Notes: generated by a model from the sequence alone, not told the origin. Shown: positions 1 through 14,212, counted from the stretch's first letter. The stretch: 64,000 nucleotides of DNA from Bacilli bacterium (GCA_017442875.1 JAFSPN010000024.1:7143-71142), one strand, 5' to 3'. Made by a program: numbers and translations.

Positions 1-1055
1 TTATCTTTAAATGGCAATGATGGAGGAACCACTACTTTGACATCGATTTCAATCTTTTTAATCTTGGCCTTGGTTAACTCTAGGTTGATGATTGAATTAA
101 TAACGTTATTTGAGCAAGAGAAAGAGTTAAGCACTTCTTTACTTGTATTTAAGTATTCATCAATATACTTTTTAGCCTCATCATTCTGTCCTTGTTGGAG
201 CATCACTTTTAAATATGAGAACTGATTTTTGATATCATGTCTGATCTTTTCTAATTCTTCTCTATTTGTTTGGTCGATTTCAATCGACATCTTTTCTGCA
301 TCTTCAAGTGTCTTTTGCACTTCTAAATTAGTAATTCTATGACGGTGTTCAATATTCTTATATGTCGCATAATAAGAGAACGAAAGAATAAAGAGCAAGA
401 CAACATCAAGTAGCACTAATAAGACATTAACAGCGATTTCTTGAATGCCTGAGGAATGTTCATAAACACCCGCGAATATAAGAAGCGCAGATAAAACAGA
501 AATGATAATTACCATTTCAATCGAAAGATTACGATAATGGTTAATATCAATTCTACGAATTAAATAACAAACTCCTGGGAAGACAATAAATGGGAATGAT
601 CTTGCTAAGACCACTAAGAAGAATAAGTTATTGCTGACTGTACCAATTAAGAAACCAAAGTTTTTAGATAATGCTTCAATAATAACAATCGTCGAAATAA
701 GAACGAGTGTTTTGATAAGCCAATGTAATTTTCTACCTTTAAAGAAAATAAAGGAGAACGCTAAGGTGATAAGCGGTAATGAAAGAGTGAATATCAGAGA
801 TGTTAAGAACTGTGGTCCTCTAATAGCGTTACCAATAGCAAATAACAGCGAAGAGAAAACTATTGTGATAGCATAGCTCGCTACAAAGACAATAACAGCT
901 TTAAAAACACCTTTCTTATTAATTTCCTTTGGCCAAACATAAATAGCAAGGCCAAGAGAAAAAAGAAAATAGGAAATATACGAAGTTAAATCCAAAATAG
1001 TTGTGTAATAAAAACTAAACGCTTGATCAAAACTCATATGTATTTGTGCATTCAT
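1..1055 (-). CDS. Sensor histidine kinase, AgrC/ComD-like (HPK10 type), N-terminal part; 3' end lies beyond the window
   Basis: Minus-strand frame is open from ATG 1055 (alternative ATG 1037) to the window edge. It has multiple hydrophobic TM segments, then an H-box EKIRHDIKNQFSYL typical of AgrC/ComD-type kinases. A TGtTATAAT box at 1056-1064 abuts ATG 1055, so 1037 may be the true start. Confidence 0.6.
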   Translation of the reverse strand, partial: MNAQIHMSFDQAFSFYYTTILDLTSYISYFLFSLGLAIYVWPKEINKKGVFKAVIVFVASYAITIVFSSLLFAIGNAIRGPQFLTSLIFTLSLPLITLAFSFIFFKGRKLHWLIKTLVLISTIVIIEALSKNFGFLIGTVSNNLFFLVVLARSFPFIVFPGVCYLIRRIDINHYRNLSIEMVIIISVLSALLIFAGVYEHSSGIQEIAVNVLLVLLDVVLLFILSFSYYATYKNIEHRHRITNLEVQKTLEDAEKMSIEIDQTNREELEKIRHDIKNQFSYLKVMLQQGQNDEAKKYIDEYLNTSKEVLNSFSCSNNVINSIINLELTKAKIKKIEIDVKVVVPPSLPFKD

Positions 1056-1111
1056 ATTATAACAAAAATGCACACTCGTGGATAATAGGGACAAAAGAAT
1101 AGATTTTTGGG

Positions 1112-1141
1112 ACAAAAATAAAAGGAGCGCCGAAGCGCCCC
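1112..1141 (-). terminator. Rho-independent terminator (second of two after tRNA-Ala)
   Basis: Minus strand GGGGCGC-TTCG-GCGCTCC hairpin followed by TTTTATTTTTG. Confidence 0.5.
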
Positions 1142-1220
1142 TCTATTCATAGTTAAGAAAATAATTGGTATACTTGTCACAAAAAAACGGGATTTTTGGA
1201 GAGCAGGCATTCACTAGAAC

Positions 1221-1250
1221 AAAAAAAAGAAAAGCCCTGACTTTCTCAGG
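1221..1250 (-). terminator. Rho-independent terminator downstream of tRNA-Ala
   Basis: Minus strand CCTGA-GAAAG-TCAGG hairpin followed by GCTTTTCTTTTTTTT. Confidence 0.5.
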
Positions 1251-1266
1251 ACTTAATCGACTGTTT

Positions 1267-1342
1267 TGGTGGATCCGACGAGGATCGAACTCGCTACCTC
1301 CTCCATGCCATGGAGGCGCTCTCCCAGGTGAGCTACGGACCC
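1267..1342 (-). tRNA. tRNA-Ala (anticodon GGC)
   Basis: 76-nt cloverleaf GGGTCCGTAGCTCACCTGGGAGAGCGCCTCCATGGCATGGAGGAGGTAGCGAGTTCGATCCTCGTCGGATCCACCA. It has the G3:U70 Ala identity pair, anticodon loop AUGGCAU, a T-loop TTCGATC and an encoded CCA. Confidence 0.9.
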
Positions 1343-1387
1343 ATAACCAGCCTAATTATTATACATTAAATGTTCTTTTAGGCAATA

Positions 1388-3223
1388 TCAAATTTGTGTA
1401 TTGCCTTTTTCTGTTTCTAAATCAATATAATCATCTATTATTTTATAAAGTTCTAAATAAGCATCATCGATGTATCCAAGACGCTCCCCTAATTCCATTA
1501 CTTTGTTATCAGTCGGATTATATAAAGGCCAGGTTGGTAGTCCTTCTCCATTTGGATCACCAGATTTAACATAGTTAGCCCAATATGAAGACATTGTATT
1601 CATTAAAGCATAATCACTTTCATTGTAAGCATATTGACGCGGTGATCTCTTAATGTTGCTATAAGCATAAATCATCTCACCACTATGATAGGTGCCGTGG
1701 AATCCATTTTCTTTGGTGAACTGGTAGCGGTAAACATCTAAACCATTATTAAAAGCCATATTGGACCAAGAATGATGTGGTTGAATGAACCAATAGACTG
1801 AATATATTTCGTTAAAAGCGTTAAAAGCATCCTTTTCAATTTTATCTTTATATAGGTCATAGATCCTTTGAGCAATTTCTTTACCAAACTCTTTTTCTAA
1901 TCTTCCAAGAATATTGCTCTTATTAGTGGGCACTAAGAGGTTCTTTGGAATAACAAAAGCGTCCGCTTCTTTAACGTTATAGCCGTTCAATAAACTCTCT
2001 TCGTTATTTTCTCCATCAAGATAAACATCATACGGATCCTTTGTTAAGGCATAACCGTCAAGAATCATCGATGAGTTTTCATATTTTGTTTGCACTAATT
2101 TAGAAGCGCTGACTTTTCTTAATTCTTCAATAGAAGAACAGCCTTGTTCTTTCATGATTTTTTCACCAATCTCTAATGCTTTATTCATTGGGCGATATGT
2201 ATGAGGGGCTTTTTTAACCACTAAAGAACTAGATTCACCGATTGCTCTTTTGAATAAACCTTTGGCTAGAGGAGATGTGCATAAAGCGGAGATACTTGAT
2301 GAACCAGCACTTTCTCCAGCGATGGTGATGTTATCTTTATCACCACCGAAATAAGAAGCGTTATCATTGATCCAGCTTAACGCCATGATCTGATCTAATA
2401 AGCCATAGTTACCTGTGGTGTTATTTGGGGATTCACTTGCTAAATCAGGATGGGCAAAATAACCAAAGACACCTAAACGATATTGAATGGTAATCATGAT
2501 GATACCTTTCTTGGCCATCTCCTCACCATTATAGTCATCAGCCGCGCTACTACCACTCGTTAAAGAACCACCATGGATGAACATAAGAATTGGTAAATTA
2601 GTTGAGGCGTGTGCAGGTTTCCAAATATTTAGGTATAGAGAATCTTCACTCATATTTTGAAGAGGATGCATATTGTAATCTGGATGCCAACTCTTCTCAG
2701 AATAGATATCCACGAGAGAATTAATTGCGGAATTAGTGTCCACTTGCATAGAGCGCGGTCCGAACTTACTACAATCCCTCACACCTTCCCAATTATCCAT
2801 TGGTTGAGGTTCTTTCCATCTTAATTCTCCCACTGGAGGTTTAGCGTATGGAATACCAGCGTAGACTTCCACGCTTTGATCTTGGCTATAAACACCTCTC
2901 ACATCTCCATTTGCTAAATGCATGACTTCTGTAGGAACAGGGTTTCTATAATTGACCGCTGATTTTTCTTCCATTACTGGTTTAGCTAAAGGAAGTAAGA
3001 TTGAACATAAAGTCACAAAGGCAATAAAAGGTACGAATTTAAAGAACAACTTTTTACCTGAAACAAAAACGATAGAGACTAATAAACAAACAATATTAAT
3101 GATTGATAAAACCAAAACTGGAATTGGGCCATTGGCTAAATCTAAATAGAAAATCAAAAGTAGTCCCACGAGAAGGGAGACAGATAATGCAACAGCTAGA
3201 TATACGATTCTACTTTTTTTCAT
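1388..3223 (-). CDS. Type-B carboxylesterase (para-nitrobenzyl esterase-like) with N-terminal TM helices
   Basis: 611-612 aa ORF. It carries the nucleophile elbow GESAGS, an HGG oxyanion motif (FIHGGSL) and a hydrophobic N-terminus of about 3 TM helices. ATG at 3223 is preferred over GTG at 3226. Confidence 0.85.
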   Translation of the reverse strand: MKKSRIVYLAVALSVSLLVGLLLIFYLDLANGPIPVLVLSIINIVCLLVSIVFVSGKKLFFKFVPFIAFVTLCSILLPLAKPVMEEKSAVNYRNPVPTEVMHLANGDVRGVYSQDQSVEVYAGIPYAKPPVGELRWKEPQPMDNWEGVRDCSKFGPRSMQVDTNSAINSLVDIYSEKSWHPDYNMHPLQNMSEDSLYLNIWKPAHASTNLPILMFIHGGSLTSGSSAADDYNGEEMAKKGIIMITIQYRLGVFGYFAHPDLASESPNNTTGNYGLLDQIMALSWINDNASYFGGDKDNITIAGESAGSSSISALCTSPLAKGLFKRAIGESSSLVVKKAPHTYRPMNKALEIGEKIMKEQGCSSIEELRKVSASKLVQTKYENSSMILDGYALTKDPYDVYLDGENNEESLLNGYNVKEADAFVIPKNLLVPTNKSNILGRLEKEFGKEIAQRIYDLYKDKIEKDAFNAFNEIYSVYWFIQPHHSWSNMAFNNGLDVYRYQFTKENGFHGTYHSGEMIYAYSNIKRSPRQYAYNESDYALMNTMSSYWANYVKSGDPNGEGLPTWPLYNPTDNKVMELGERLGYIDDAYLELYKIIDDYIDLETEKGNTQI

Positions 3224-3303
3224 CACTATAAATATAGCATTTAGAAAAAATCTGTCATATTATATGCTTTGGATTTTTAAGGAAAACAAATAAAATATTA
3301 CTA

Positions 3304-3810
3304 ATGGGCGACAAAAGAAGAAGCATTATCAAGGACATTTGCATCAATGGTATTATTGCCGCGACATACGCCGCGTTAACCATTGCTATTTCTCCTTTAG
3401 CGTATGGACCAATACAGTTTAGATTCTCAGAAATCATGGTTTTGCTTTGCTTCTTTAATAAAAAGCATTCAATTGGTTTAACATTAGGTTGCTTACTCGC
3501 TAATTTATTCTCACCAACCGCTGTATTAGATGTTCCGTTTGGCACTATTGCTACATTAATTGCCTGTATTGGCATTATGTTTTCTAAACAATTAGCAGTG
3601 GCCGCTTTATTCCCCGTTATCTCTAACGCCTTTATCATCGCTTGGGAATTATCGTTCTTTGGTGAACCATATTGGATGAGCGCTTTAACGGTTGGCCTTG
3701 GTGAATTAGGCGTGATGATTATTGCTTATATATTCTTCTTCTTTATTAGGAAGAGTAAATCGTTTATGAAAGTCATACACGCTAATCAGAATTTAGAATT
3801 CAAATTTTAA
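3304..3810 (+). CDS. queT: QueT-family queuosine-precursor transporter (ECF S-component-like)
   Basis: 168 aa multi-TM protein. The N-terminal pattern INGIIAATYAALTIAISPLAYGPIQFRFSE..LLCFFN matches my recollection of the QueT/DUF988 family. Confidence 0.75.
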   Translation: MGDKRRSIIKDICINGIIAATYAALTIAISPLAYGPIQFRFSEIMVLLCFFNKKHSIGLTLGCLLANLFSPTAVLDVPFGTIATLIACIGIMFSKQLAVAALFPVISNAFIIAWELSFFGEPYWMSALTVGLGELGVMIIAYIFFFFIRKSKSFMKVIHANQNLEFKF

Positions 3811-3842
3811 AAAGACACCATACACGGGTGTCTTCTTTTTTA
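3811..3842 (+). terminator. Rho-independent terminator after queT
   Basis: AAGACACC-atacac-GGGTGTCTT hairpin followed by a T-run. Confidence 0.7.
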
Positions 3843-3848
3843 TCTAAA

Positions 3849-3925
3849 TGGCGCGCTTGAGACGATTTGAACGCCCGACTTCTTCCTTAGGAGGGAAGCG
3901 CTCTATCCAGCTGAGCTACAAGCGC
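3849..3925 (-). tRNA. tRNA-Arg (anticodon CCU)
   Basis: 77-nt cloverleaf GCGCTTGTAGCTCAGCTGGATAGAGCGCTTCCCTCCTAAGGAAGAAGTCGGGCGTTCAAATCGTCTCAAGCGCGCCA. The anticodon loop is CUCCUAA and the CCA is encoded. Confidence 0.9.
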
Positions 3926-3974
3926 AGAAGAACTCTTCTATTATGAAGAATTCATTATTTCGATTCAATAAAGT

Positions 3975-4991
3975 TTATTTATCGTAACCGTTTGGGTTTT
4001 TAGACTGCCAGTTCCAGGAATCACGGCAAGCATCTTCGATATTGAGTTTGGTTTTAAAATTCATTTCTTGATAAGCTTTGCTTACTTCGGCGTAGTTTTC
4101 ATCAACATCGCCTGGACGTCTATCGCAAATGATGTATGGAATTTTGATGTTATTAGCCTTTTCAAAAGCATTAACTAGTTCCAAGACGCTAGTGCCTTTA
4201 CCAGTACCTAAGTTATAAATAACCAAACCTGGTTTTTCTTCTAGTTTCTTTAATGCGCATAAATGACCCCACGCTAAGTCAACAACATGGATATAGTCTC
4301 TAACACCTGTGCCATCGACTGTTTTATAGTCATTACCATAAACATTGAGGTGTGGGCGTTTGCCAACCGCAACTTGGGTAATATATGGCATTAGGTTATT
4401 TGGAATGCCATTCGGATCTTCACCAATTAAACCGCTTTCATGAGCGCCAATAGGATTAAAGTATCTTAGGATAGCGATATTTGCGTCCTTATGTTCTTTA
4501 GCGTAATCCTTTAAAAGATATTCGATATCTAATTTAGTTTGTCCATATGGGTTAGTGCAGCCACCAACCTTATCACTTTCTTTAAGTGGGACATGATCAG
4601 GAACACCATATACTGTCGCACTGGAAGAGAAGACTAGATTATGAACGTTAAATTCACTCATAAGCTGTAGAAGAACCTTACTTCCACCGACATTATTTTT
4701 GAAATATAGATCCGGCTTAGCAACTGATTCCGCAACGCTCTTTAAGCCCGCAAAATGAATCACGTCTGTGATATTTTCGTTTTCAAAGACCTTTTTCATA
4801 CCTTCATAATCTTGAATATCAGCAAAATAAAATTTTGGTCTTTTACCAGTGATTTGATAAATCCTATTTAAGACTTCTGGTTTTGAGTTGACGTAGTTAT
4901 CGACAATAACAACTTCGTAATTATGATTTAATAAGTCCACTACTGTATGGGAACCAATATATCCTGTTCCACCCGTTACTAAAATAGCCAT
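3975..4991 (-). CDS. galE: UDP-glucose 4-epimerase
   Basis: Rossmann motif ILVTGGTGYIGSH, an SSSATVYG region and a YGQTK catalytic YxxxK. ATG 4991 lies 9 nt after GGAGGAA (5001-5007); the longer GTG start at 5009 is unlikely. Confidence 0.9.
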   Translation of the reverse strand: MAILVTGGTGYIGSHTVVDLLNHNYEVVIVDNYVNSKPEVLNRIYQITGKRPKFYFADIQDYEGMKKVFENENITDVIHFAGLKSVAESVAKPDLYFKNNVGGSKVLLQLMSEFNVHNLVFSSSATVYGVPDHVPLKESDKVGGCTNPYGQTKLDIEYLLKDYAKEHKDANIAILRYFNPIGAHESGLIGEDPNGIPNNLMPYITQVAVGKRPHLNVYGNDYKTVDGTGVRDYIHVVDLAWGHLCALKKLEEKPGLVIYNLGTGKGTSVLELVNAFEKANNIKIPYIICDRRPGDVDENYAEVSKAYQEMNFKTKLNIEDACRDSWNWQSKNPNGYDK

Positions 4992-5035
4992 AATATTTTC
5001 TTCCTCCACACTTGTACTGTTTGTGCTTTTATATT

Positions 5036-9240
<4,205 letters not shown>

Positions 9241-9276
9241 ATATTGTTAACAATATATTACCAAAGAAAAGCGTGC

Positions 9277-9741
9277 TTATGCAATGATATATTTATCTTT
9301 TTGAGCGTTTAGAAATGCCAGGCATGAATCTTTCCCTACCACATTGGCAGTGATTACTCCTTTTTCAACCTCGACAATTGTAGGAGTACCCACGATTTTT
9401 AGGTCTTCAACTCGATTGATTCCTAATTCTATCTCATCACGAGAACAACGAGTGATTTTGTTCTCATTTTTCGAGATGTTTAAAAAGTATGTTTTGATGA
9501 TGTCTGATGTTGCAAACAATATCACGTCATCGATAATTTCTTTACAATGACCACAAGTCTCCGAGTGAAAAAAGACCAAGTATTCTTCTTCTTTTTGAGA
9601 CAGACAATCAACTAGGTTAATCTCTTGTTTGCTTGCTATTTCATATTCCTCAATCGCATTTTTACTTTTGGATTCACTTTTGCCAGACGAACAAGAAGTG
9701 AATACCGCCACTAACAAGAGTGGTAAAGTATGCAATTTCAT
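9277..9741 (-). CDS. Thioredoxin-fold lipoprotein (CGHC active site)
   Basis: N-terminus MKLHTLPLLLVAVFTSC has a lipobox, and a CGHC redox motif is present. The start is uncertain (alternative ATG 9762). Confidence 0.6.
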   Translation of the reverse strand: MKLHTLPLLLVAVFTSCSSGKSESKSKNAIEEYEIASKQEINLVDCLSQKEEEYLVFFHSETCGHCKEIIDDVILFATSDIIKTYFLNISKNENKITRCSRDEIELGINRVEDLKIVGTPTIVEVEKGVITANVVGKDSCLAFLNAQKDKYIIA

Positions 9742-9802
9742 ATCTATGAAAATAGTATACATAGTTTTTGTGATTTTGATGAGGAAAATGTAAAATATTT
9801 TT

Positions 9803-10702
9803 ATGGCACTCTTTAAGAAGAAAACAACGCTTGTTCACCATATTACCTATATGGGTATAATGGCGGCTATTAACTTAATCTTTATATTACTGGCAAAGTT
9901 TTTACCGCCTTTAATGTTTCTTTTGATTTTGTTACTGCCGTTTGCCAGCGCTGTAGTTTCATACTATTGCCTTAAACGGTATTACATAATTTACGCTTTG
10001 GCGACAATTGGACTCTGTTCACTATGCTCGTTTGATATTGCAGACACAATCTTCTATGTCGTTCCTGCCGTTATCAGTGGTTTTGTTATTGGCCTCTTAC
10101 TAGAAAAGAAAGTCCATCCATTTTGGTTAGTTCTATCATCTGCAGTTATAAACGCAGCGTTAACTTATGCCTCTATTCCATTAGTTAATCTTATTTCGAA
10201 CACCGATATCGTTTCATCTTTACTTAGGATATTCAATTTGCAAGATTTCAACTATAAGAGCGAACTCGTCTATTTATTCATCATTTTTATTTCATTAGCA
10301 CAAAGTGGTTTATCGCTATTTATCATCTTAAGTGACGCTAAAAAGATTGGTATCGAAATCAATACACGTGTCAATTATTTTTGGCCATATATTATCGGTT
10401 TGGAAGCCTCAATTGCCCTTGCGGTTGGCTTTTCTTTATTCTTTTTACCACTGGGACTAGTATTTATTTGTATCAGTTTTTATTTCGCTGCTTTCTTGCT
10501 TATTGATCTACTTTTTTCAAAGAAGCTTCTCATCTATATTTTGTTAGGTGTCTTTGTCTTAGCGATGATATTTGTCTTTGCCATTTTCTACAAAAGTTTA
10601 AACGAACCCTACGGCATTGTCTTAACTGTTATTTTCCCACTGGCGATAGGCGCGTTAAGTTTTTTGAAGAATTGTTTGCTTAAATACCCCATTAATATTT
10701 AG
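9803..10702 (+). CDS. Polytopic membrane protein, unknown function
   Basis: 299 aa ORF with about 8 hydrophobic helices. No family recognised. Confidence 0.5.
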   Translation: MALFKKKTTLVHHITYMGIMAAINLIFILLAKFLPPLMFLLILLLPFASAVVSYYCLKRYYIIYALATIGLCSLCSFDIADTIFYVVPAVISGFVIGLLLEKKVHPFWLVLSSAVINAALTYASIPLVNLISNTDIVSSLLRIFNLQDFNYKSELVYLFIIFISLAQSGLSLFIILSDAKKIGIEINTRVNYFWPYIIGLEASIALAVGFSLFFLPLGLVFICISFYFAAFLLIDLLFSKKLLIYILLGVFVLAMIFVFAIFYKSLNEPYGIVLTVIFPLAIGALSFLKNCLLKYPINI

Positions 10703-10714
10703 AATAATATTACT

Positions 10715-11383
10715 ATGGTCAATCTGTTAAAAACATTTGGAAAAGGCATATTGTATATTATTGGATTCCCATTTTTTATCGTGGCGCTTGTCGTCTTTGG
10801 CGTCGTCGGGATCTTCCTATTCATTTTCCATTTGTTTAAATCAATCATTTACTTCTTTACTGGCCAAAAGTTCTTCCCCGAACTAGCAGAGGACAAAGAG
10901 TTGAGATTAAAACAAGAAGCCGCTAACGCTGCTAATAACCCTCAACCAGTTTTCGATCAAGATCCTGCTGAACAAAATGAATCTAATCCTGCTCCAATGA
11001 TTCAGGAAGTAAAATTCGATGAAGAACCACCTTATGAAAAGCCAATTTATCAAGAGCCTAAATATAGACCACTGTATGAAGAGCCAACATTTGATGAACC
11101 AGTTCAAGAAGAACAAGTTAAAGAAGAACCAATAATGGAAGAAGCTCAAGAAGCCCCTTTAGTCGAAGAAACTAGTCTTGAACAAGAAGAAAACGATGAA
11201 GACATTCTAAGCGAATTAACTAGAGATGAACCAGAACAATCTATCGATACTTCTTCAGTAAAAGAAGAACCTATCGAAGAACCACTAGAAGAATATATTC
11301 CTAAAGGCTCGACATATATTGATGAAATTGAAGAAGACGACACCAATACCGGTGGCGTTGATATAGATTATGATGTGAGGTAA
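10715..11383 (+). CDS. Membrane protein with acidic Glu/Pro-rich tail
   Basis: 222 aa: an N-terminal TM hairpin, then a low-complexity tail of about 150 aa rich in E, P and Q (EEP/YEEP-like repeats). Confidence 0.5.
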   Translation: MVNLLKTFGKGILYIIGFPFFIVALVVFGVVGIFLFIFHLFKSIIYFFTGQKFFPELAEDKELRLKQEAANAANNPQPVFDQDPAEQNESNPAPMIQEVKFDEEPPYEKPIYQEPKYRPLYEEPTFDEPVQEEQVKEEPIMEEAQEAPLVEETSLEQEENDEDILSELTRDEPEQSIDTSSVKEEPIEEPLEEYIPKGSTYIDEIEEDDTNTGGVDIDYDVR

Positions 11384-12051
11384 TGATGAACCCAGTACTT
11401 TTAATTCAATTGACGGAGAATGATAAGCGTATTATTTTTGCTCTTTGCATTGTAATAATACTTCTTTTCGTCATTATCGGTTTGCTTGGTTCTTTAGTGG
11501 TCCGCACCATGAAATGGCAAGGCAAGAAATGTGATAGCCTAGTTAGTGACGTTGTTACAAACCGTATTATTACCACACCTCATCAATTAAGAAAATATGC
11601 GGCGGTTAAGAATAGCCGCTGCTTCTTAAAACAGGCATGGATACCACTTGTTTTGATGATTGTTGCAACCTTGATTATTGTTATTCGTGATGCAGTTATG
11701 AATAACTGGGCTTATAACCCGTTTAACATTGATAATGGTTTTGGTTCGTTGTTATTTGTTTGGAAGTTAACTTATAACAACCCAGAAGAATATACGATTA
11801 TATTTGGGGTGAAGATTCTTGCAAAATGGGTATTAGTTAACGAACCCCACTTTGTAGTAGAAGCATTATCATCATATATTGCGGTACCACTAGCCGTTGT
11901 TGGTGTTCTTTGGTATTTAGTAGCCGCTCAAGCATATTTAGCGAGAACAATTCGTTCTTGGAAACTCTCAAAAACAGTATTTGAAAAGAGTCTTGATAAC
12001 TATAATCAAAACGCTCCACAACAACCAGAAAATAGCGAACCCGTGCAATAA
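11383..12051 (+). CDS. Membrane protein, unknown function
   Basis: 222 aa with about 4 TM helices. The start overlaps the upstream stop (TAATG), implying translational coupling. Confidence 0.5.
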   Translation: MMNPVLLIQLTENDKRIIFALCIVIILLFVIIGLLGSLVVRTMKWQGKKCDSLVSDVVTNRIITTPHQLRKYAAVKNSRCFLKQAWIPLVLMIVATLIIVIRDAVMNNWAYNPFNIDNGFGSLLFVWKLTYNNPEEYTIIFGVKILAKWVLVNEPHFVVEALSSYIAVPLAVVGVLWYLVAAQAYLARTIRSWKLSKTVFEKSLDNYNQNAPQQPENSEPVQ

Positions 12052-12099
12052 AAAACCACATCATGTGATATGGCTTTTAAGTAGTCCGATAGGGCTATT

Positions 12100-13143
12100 T
12101 TATTTTTCAATCAAATTTAGAAATCTTTCAAGGCAATATAGGAGCCACTTCTGATTTCCAGAGAATTTCGACATATCAATATCCTTTTTAAACTCTGGTC
12201 TTGTTGGTCCTTTCCAGTTTTTAAAATATTCATCAACCGGTCTGGGCATAGGAATTTTGTTTGGAAGATTAAAGTCAGGATATTTAATCCTAAATAAATC
12301 ACGAATCAAATATTTAGTGTCACCACTTCTAATTCTCTTTAAATCTAGCGGTTCCGCCATCTTCAAGAATTCATATGGATCGATATAATCTAAACCTGAT
12401 GTTGAGAAAGCGTTTTCATAAGAAGCATAGCTTTCATCAATTGTGATCGTATCCATCATGCCTAAAAAATCGATATAATCACCCTTACGATACTTTTCAA
12501 ATATGTAATGTAAGTCAACTGGGTCATTTAAAACTTCAGATGGCTCGATATAAATGAAACGACGATAGAATTCTTCAAATTTCCAATCTTTAGACAATAA
12601 ACCATCCATCCCACCAAAAACGTAATCAGCAGCATCGCCGATAACCATCATATCCACACCATCTTTTTTAGCCTGCAAAGCGGCCTCCATGATTTGTGGT
12701 TCGATTGAATGAACAGGAGCGTTTTTATGTTCCATTAGTGGAACAAGGTTTTTCAAAACTGTATCCCAGGAAATATCGATATATTTTAGGTTTAATTTAT
12801 AGTGTTTAGCATATTGTTCAGCGCGCTTTAACTCTTCTTCGCCGAACTTGCCACCTAAAAATCTAAAAGTATAAGCATTTGATCCTTCTGGCATATAGGA
12901 AGCAAGAATAGCACTATCCATTCCTCCTGAAAGCATCATGCCTAGCTTTTTGCCATTTAATGAATCAAATATTTTTCTTAAAGCATTATCAATTTCTAAA
13001 GCGCTTTTAACTGCAGTTTTCTTTGAATCCGGGTGGTGCGTGTATGTTCTATGCTTTAAGCCAACAGCAAAATCTTTGTCGTTTTCATAGATATAACGAA
13101 ACGCCAAAAAGGAAGACAAACAATAATTTTTATCAACACTCAT
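12100..13143 (-). CDS. Asparagine-synthase-like PP-loop ATP pyrophosphatase (synthetase domain only), paralog A
   Basis: 347 aa with the PP-loop SGGMDSAI. There is no N-terminal Ntn glutaminase domain. By eye it is roughly 55% identical to the adjacent ORF. Confidence 0.7.
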   Translation of the reverse strand: MSVDKNYCLSSFLAFRYIYENDKDFAVGLKHRTYTHHPDSKKTAVKSALEIDNALRKIFDSLNGKKLGMMLSGGMDSAILASYMPEGSNAYTFRFLGGKFGEEELKRAEQYAKHYKLNLKYIDISWDTVLKNLVPLMEHKNAPVHSIEPQIMEAALQAKKDGVDMMVIGDAADYVFGGMDGLLSKDWKFEEFYRRFIYIEPSEVLNDPVDLHYIFEKYRKGDYIDFLGMMDTITIDESYASYENAFSTSGLDYIDPYEFLKMAEPLDLKRIRSGDTKYLIRDLFRIKYPDFNLPNKIPMPRPVDEYFKNWKGPTRPEFKKDIDMSKFSGNQKWLLYCLERFLNLIEK

Positions 13144-13160
13144 AAAAATTATCTCAACTA

Positions 13161-14210
13161 TTATTTTTCAATGCTATTTAAGAAACGTTCTAGGCAATAT
13201 AGTTGCCATTTTTGATTGCCTGATAACTTAGACATATCGATGTCGTTTCTAAATTCAGGTCTTGTTGGACCTTTCCAATCTTTAAAATATGCATCGACTG
13301 GTCTTGGCATAGGAGTTTTATTTGGAACAGGTATTTCTGGGTATCTCTTATGCATTAATTCTCTAATAAGATATTTTGGTTCACCGTTTCTCACTCTATG
13401 AAGATCGAGTTTTTCTCCCATCTTTAAATGGGCATATGGATCATAATAATCTAACTTAGCGACTGCGAAAGCGTTCCAATAACTGCTGGAACTTTCATTA
13501 GAAAAGACATCATCCATGAATTTTTCAAAATCAATCATGTTATTTGGAAGTCTATATCTTTCAAATAGATAATTCATTGAAACTGGTTCTTTCAAAACAA
13601 GTTTTGGATCTAAGAATGTGTAACGATTAACAAATTCATCAAATGTCCAGTCTTTGGCTAATAATCCATCCATGCCACCGAACACTAAATCACTACTTTC
13701 GCCCACGAGCATACAGTCGACACCATCTTGTTTAGCCTGTAAAGCCGCTTGTAAGATTTGTGGTTCAATTGAATGAACAGGAGCGCATTTTGCTTTCATC
13801 ACAGCGTCAATGTGTTTTTCCACTGTTTCCCAAGTGATATCAACATAGTGAAGCTTTAAGCCATAGAACTTAGCAAAGTATTCCGCTCTATTGAGTTCGG
13901 CTTCTTGATATTGACCACCTAAAAATCTAAATGTATACGCATCACATCCTGGCATATAGGAAGCGACAATCGCACTATCCATGCCACCAGAAAGCATGAT
14001 GCCTAGTTTTTTATATTTCTTTTTTAATTCGTTAATTTGCCTTTCGACGTTTTGGCCAATTTCATCAGCGGTATAGACCACTACTTTTCCTTCATCTGGC
14101 CAAACAGGCATATTTTGATGATGTAAGCCTTCGGCAAAATCTTTATTTGGGTCTTCAATATATCTAAAAGCGAGATATGAAGACATGCAAAACTTTTTAT
14201 CAATAGCCAT
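13161..14210 (-). CDS. Asparagine-synthase-like PP-loop ATP pyrophosphatase (synthetase domain only), paralog B
   Basis: 349 aa with the PP-loop SGGMDSAI. The C-terminal PMPRPVD.YFK.WKGPTRPEF...SGNQKW.LYCLERFLN.IEK stretch is shared with paralog A. Confidence 0.7.
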   Translation of the reverse strand: MAIDKKFCMSSYLAFRYIEDPNKDFAEGLHHQNMPVWPDEGKVVVYTADEIGQNVERQINELKKKYKKLGIMLSGGMDSAIVASYMPGCDAYTFRFLGGQYQEAELNRAEYFAKFYGLKLHYVDITWETVEKHIDAVMKAKCAPVHSIEPQILQAALQAKQDGVDCMLVGESSDLVFGGMDGLLAKDWTFDEFVNRYTFLDPKLVLKEPVSMNYLFERYRLPNNMIDFEKFMDDVFSNESSSSYWNAFAVAKLDYYDPYAHLKMGEKLDLHRVRNGEPKYLIRELMHKRYPEIPVPNKTPMPRPVDAYFKDWKGPTRPEFRNDIDMSKLSGNQKWQLYCLERFLNSIEK

Positions 14211-14212
14211 AA

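Noticed and set aside
1142-1220. Possible small RNA or 32-aa ORF between the two tandem terminators downstream of tRNA-Ala
   Set aside because: I found no convincing promoter (-35/-10) and no RBS. The ORF (MNRGALRRSFYFCPKN...) runs through the terminator hairpin. Two stacked terminators are the more likely explanation.
1165-1569. 134-aa plus-strand ORF spanning the tRNA-Ala gene and the 3' end of the esterase gene
   Set aside because: It runs antisense through a well-folded tRNA and a strongly supported esterase CDS. It has no RBS and a low-complexity translation, so I treat it as spurious.
3227-3303. preQ1 riboswitch expected upstream of queT
   Set aside because: I looked for the preQ1-I (..CCCUC..AAAAAACUA) and preQ1-II cores on the plus strand and found neither. 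The region is only 77 nt and looks like plain divergent promoters.
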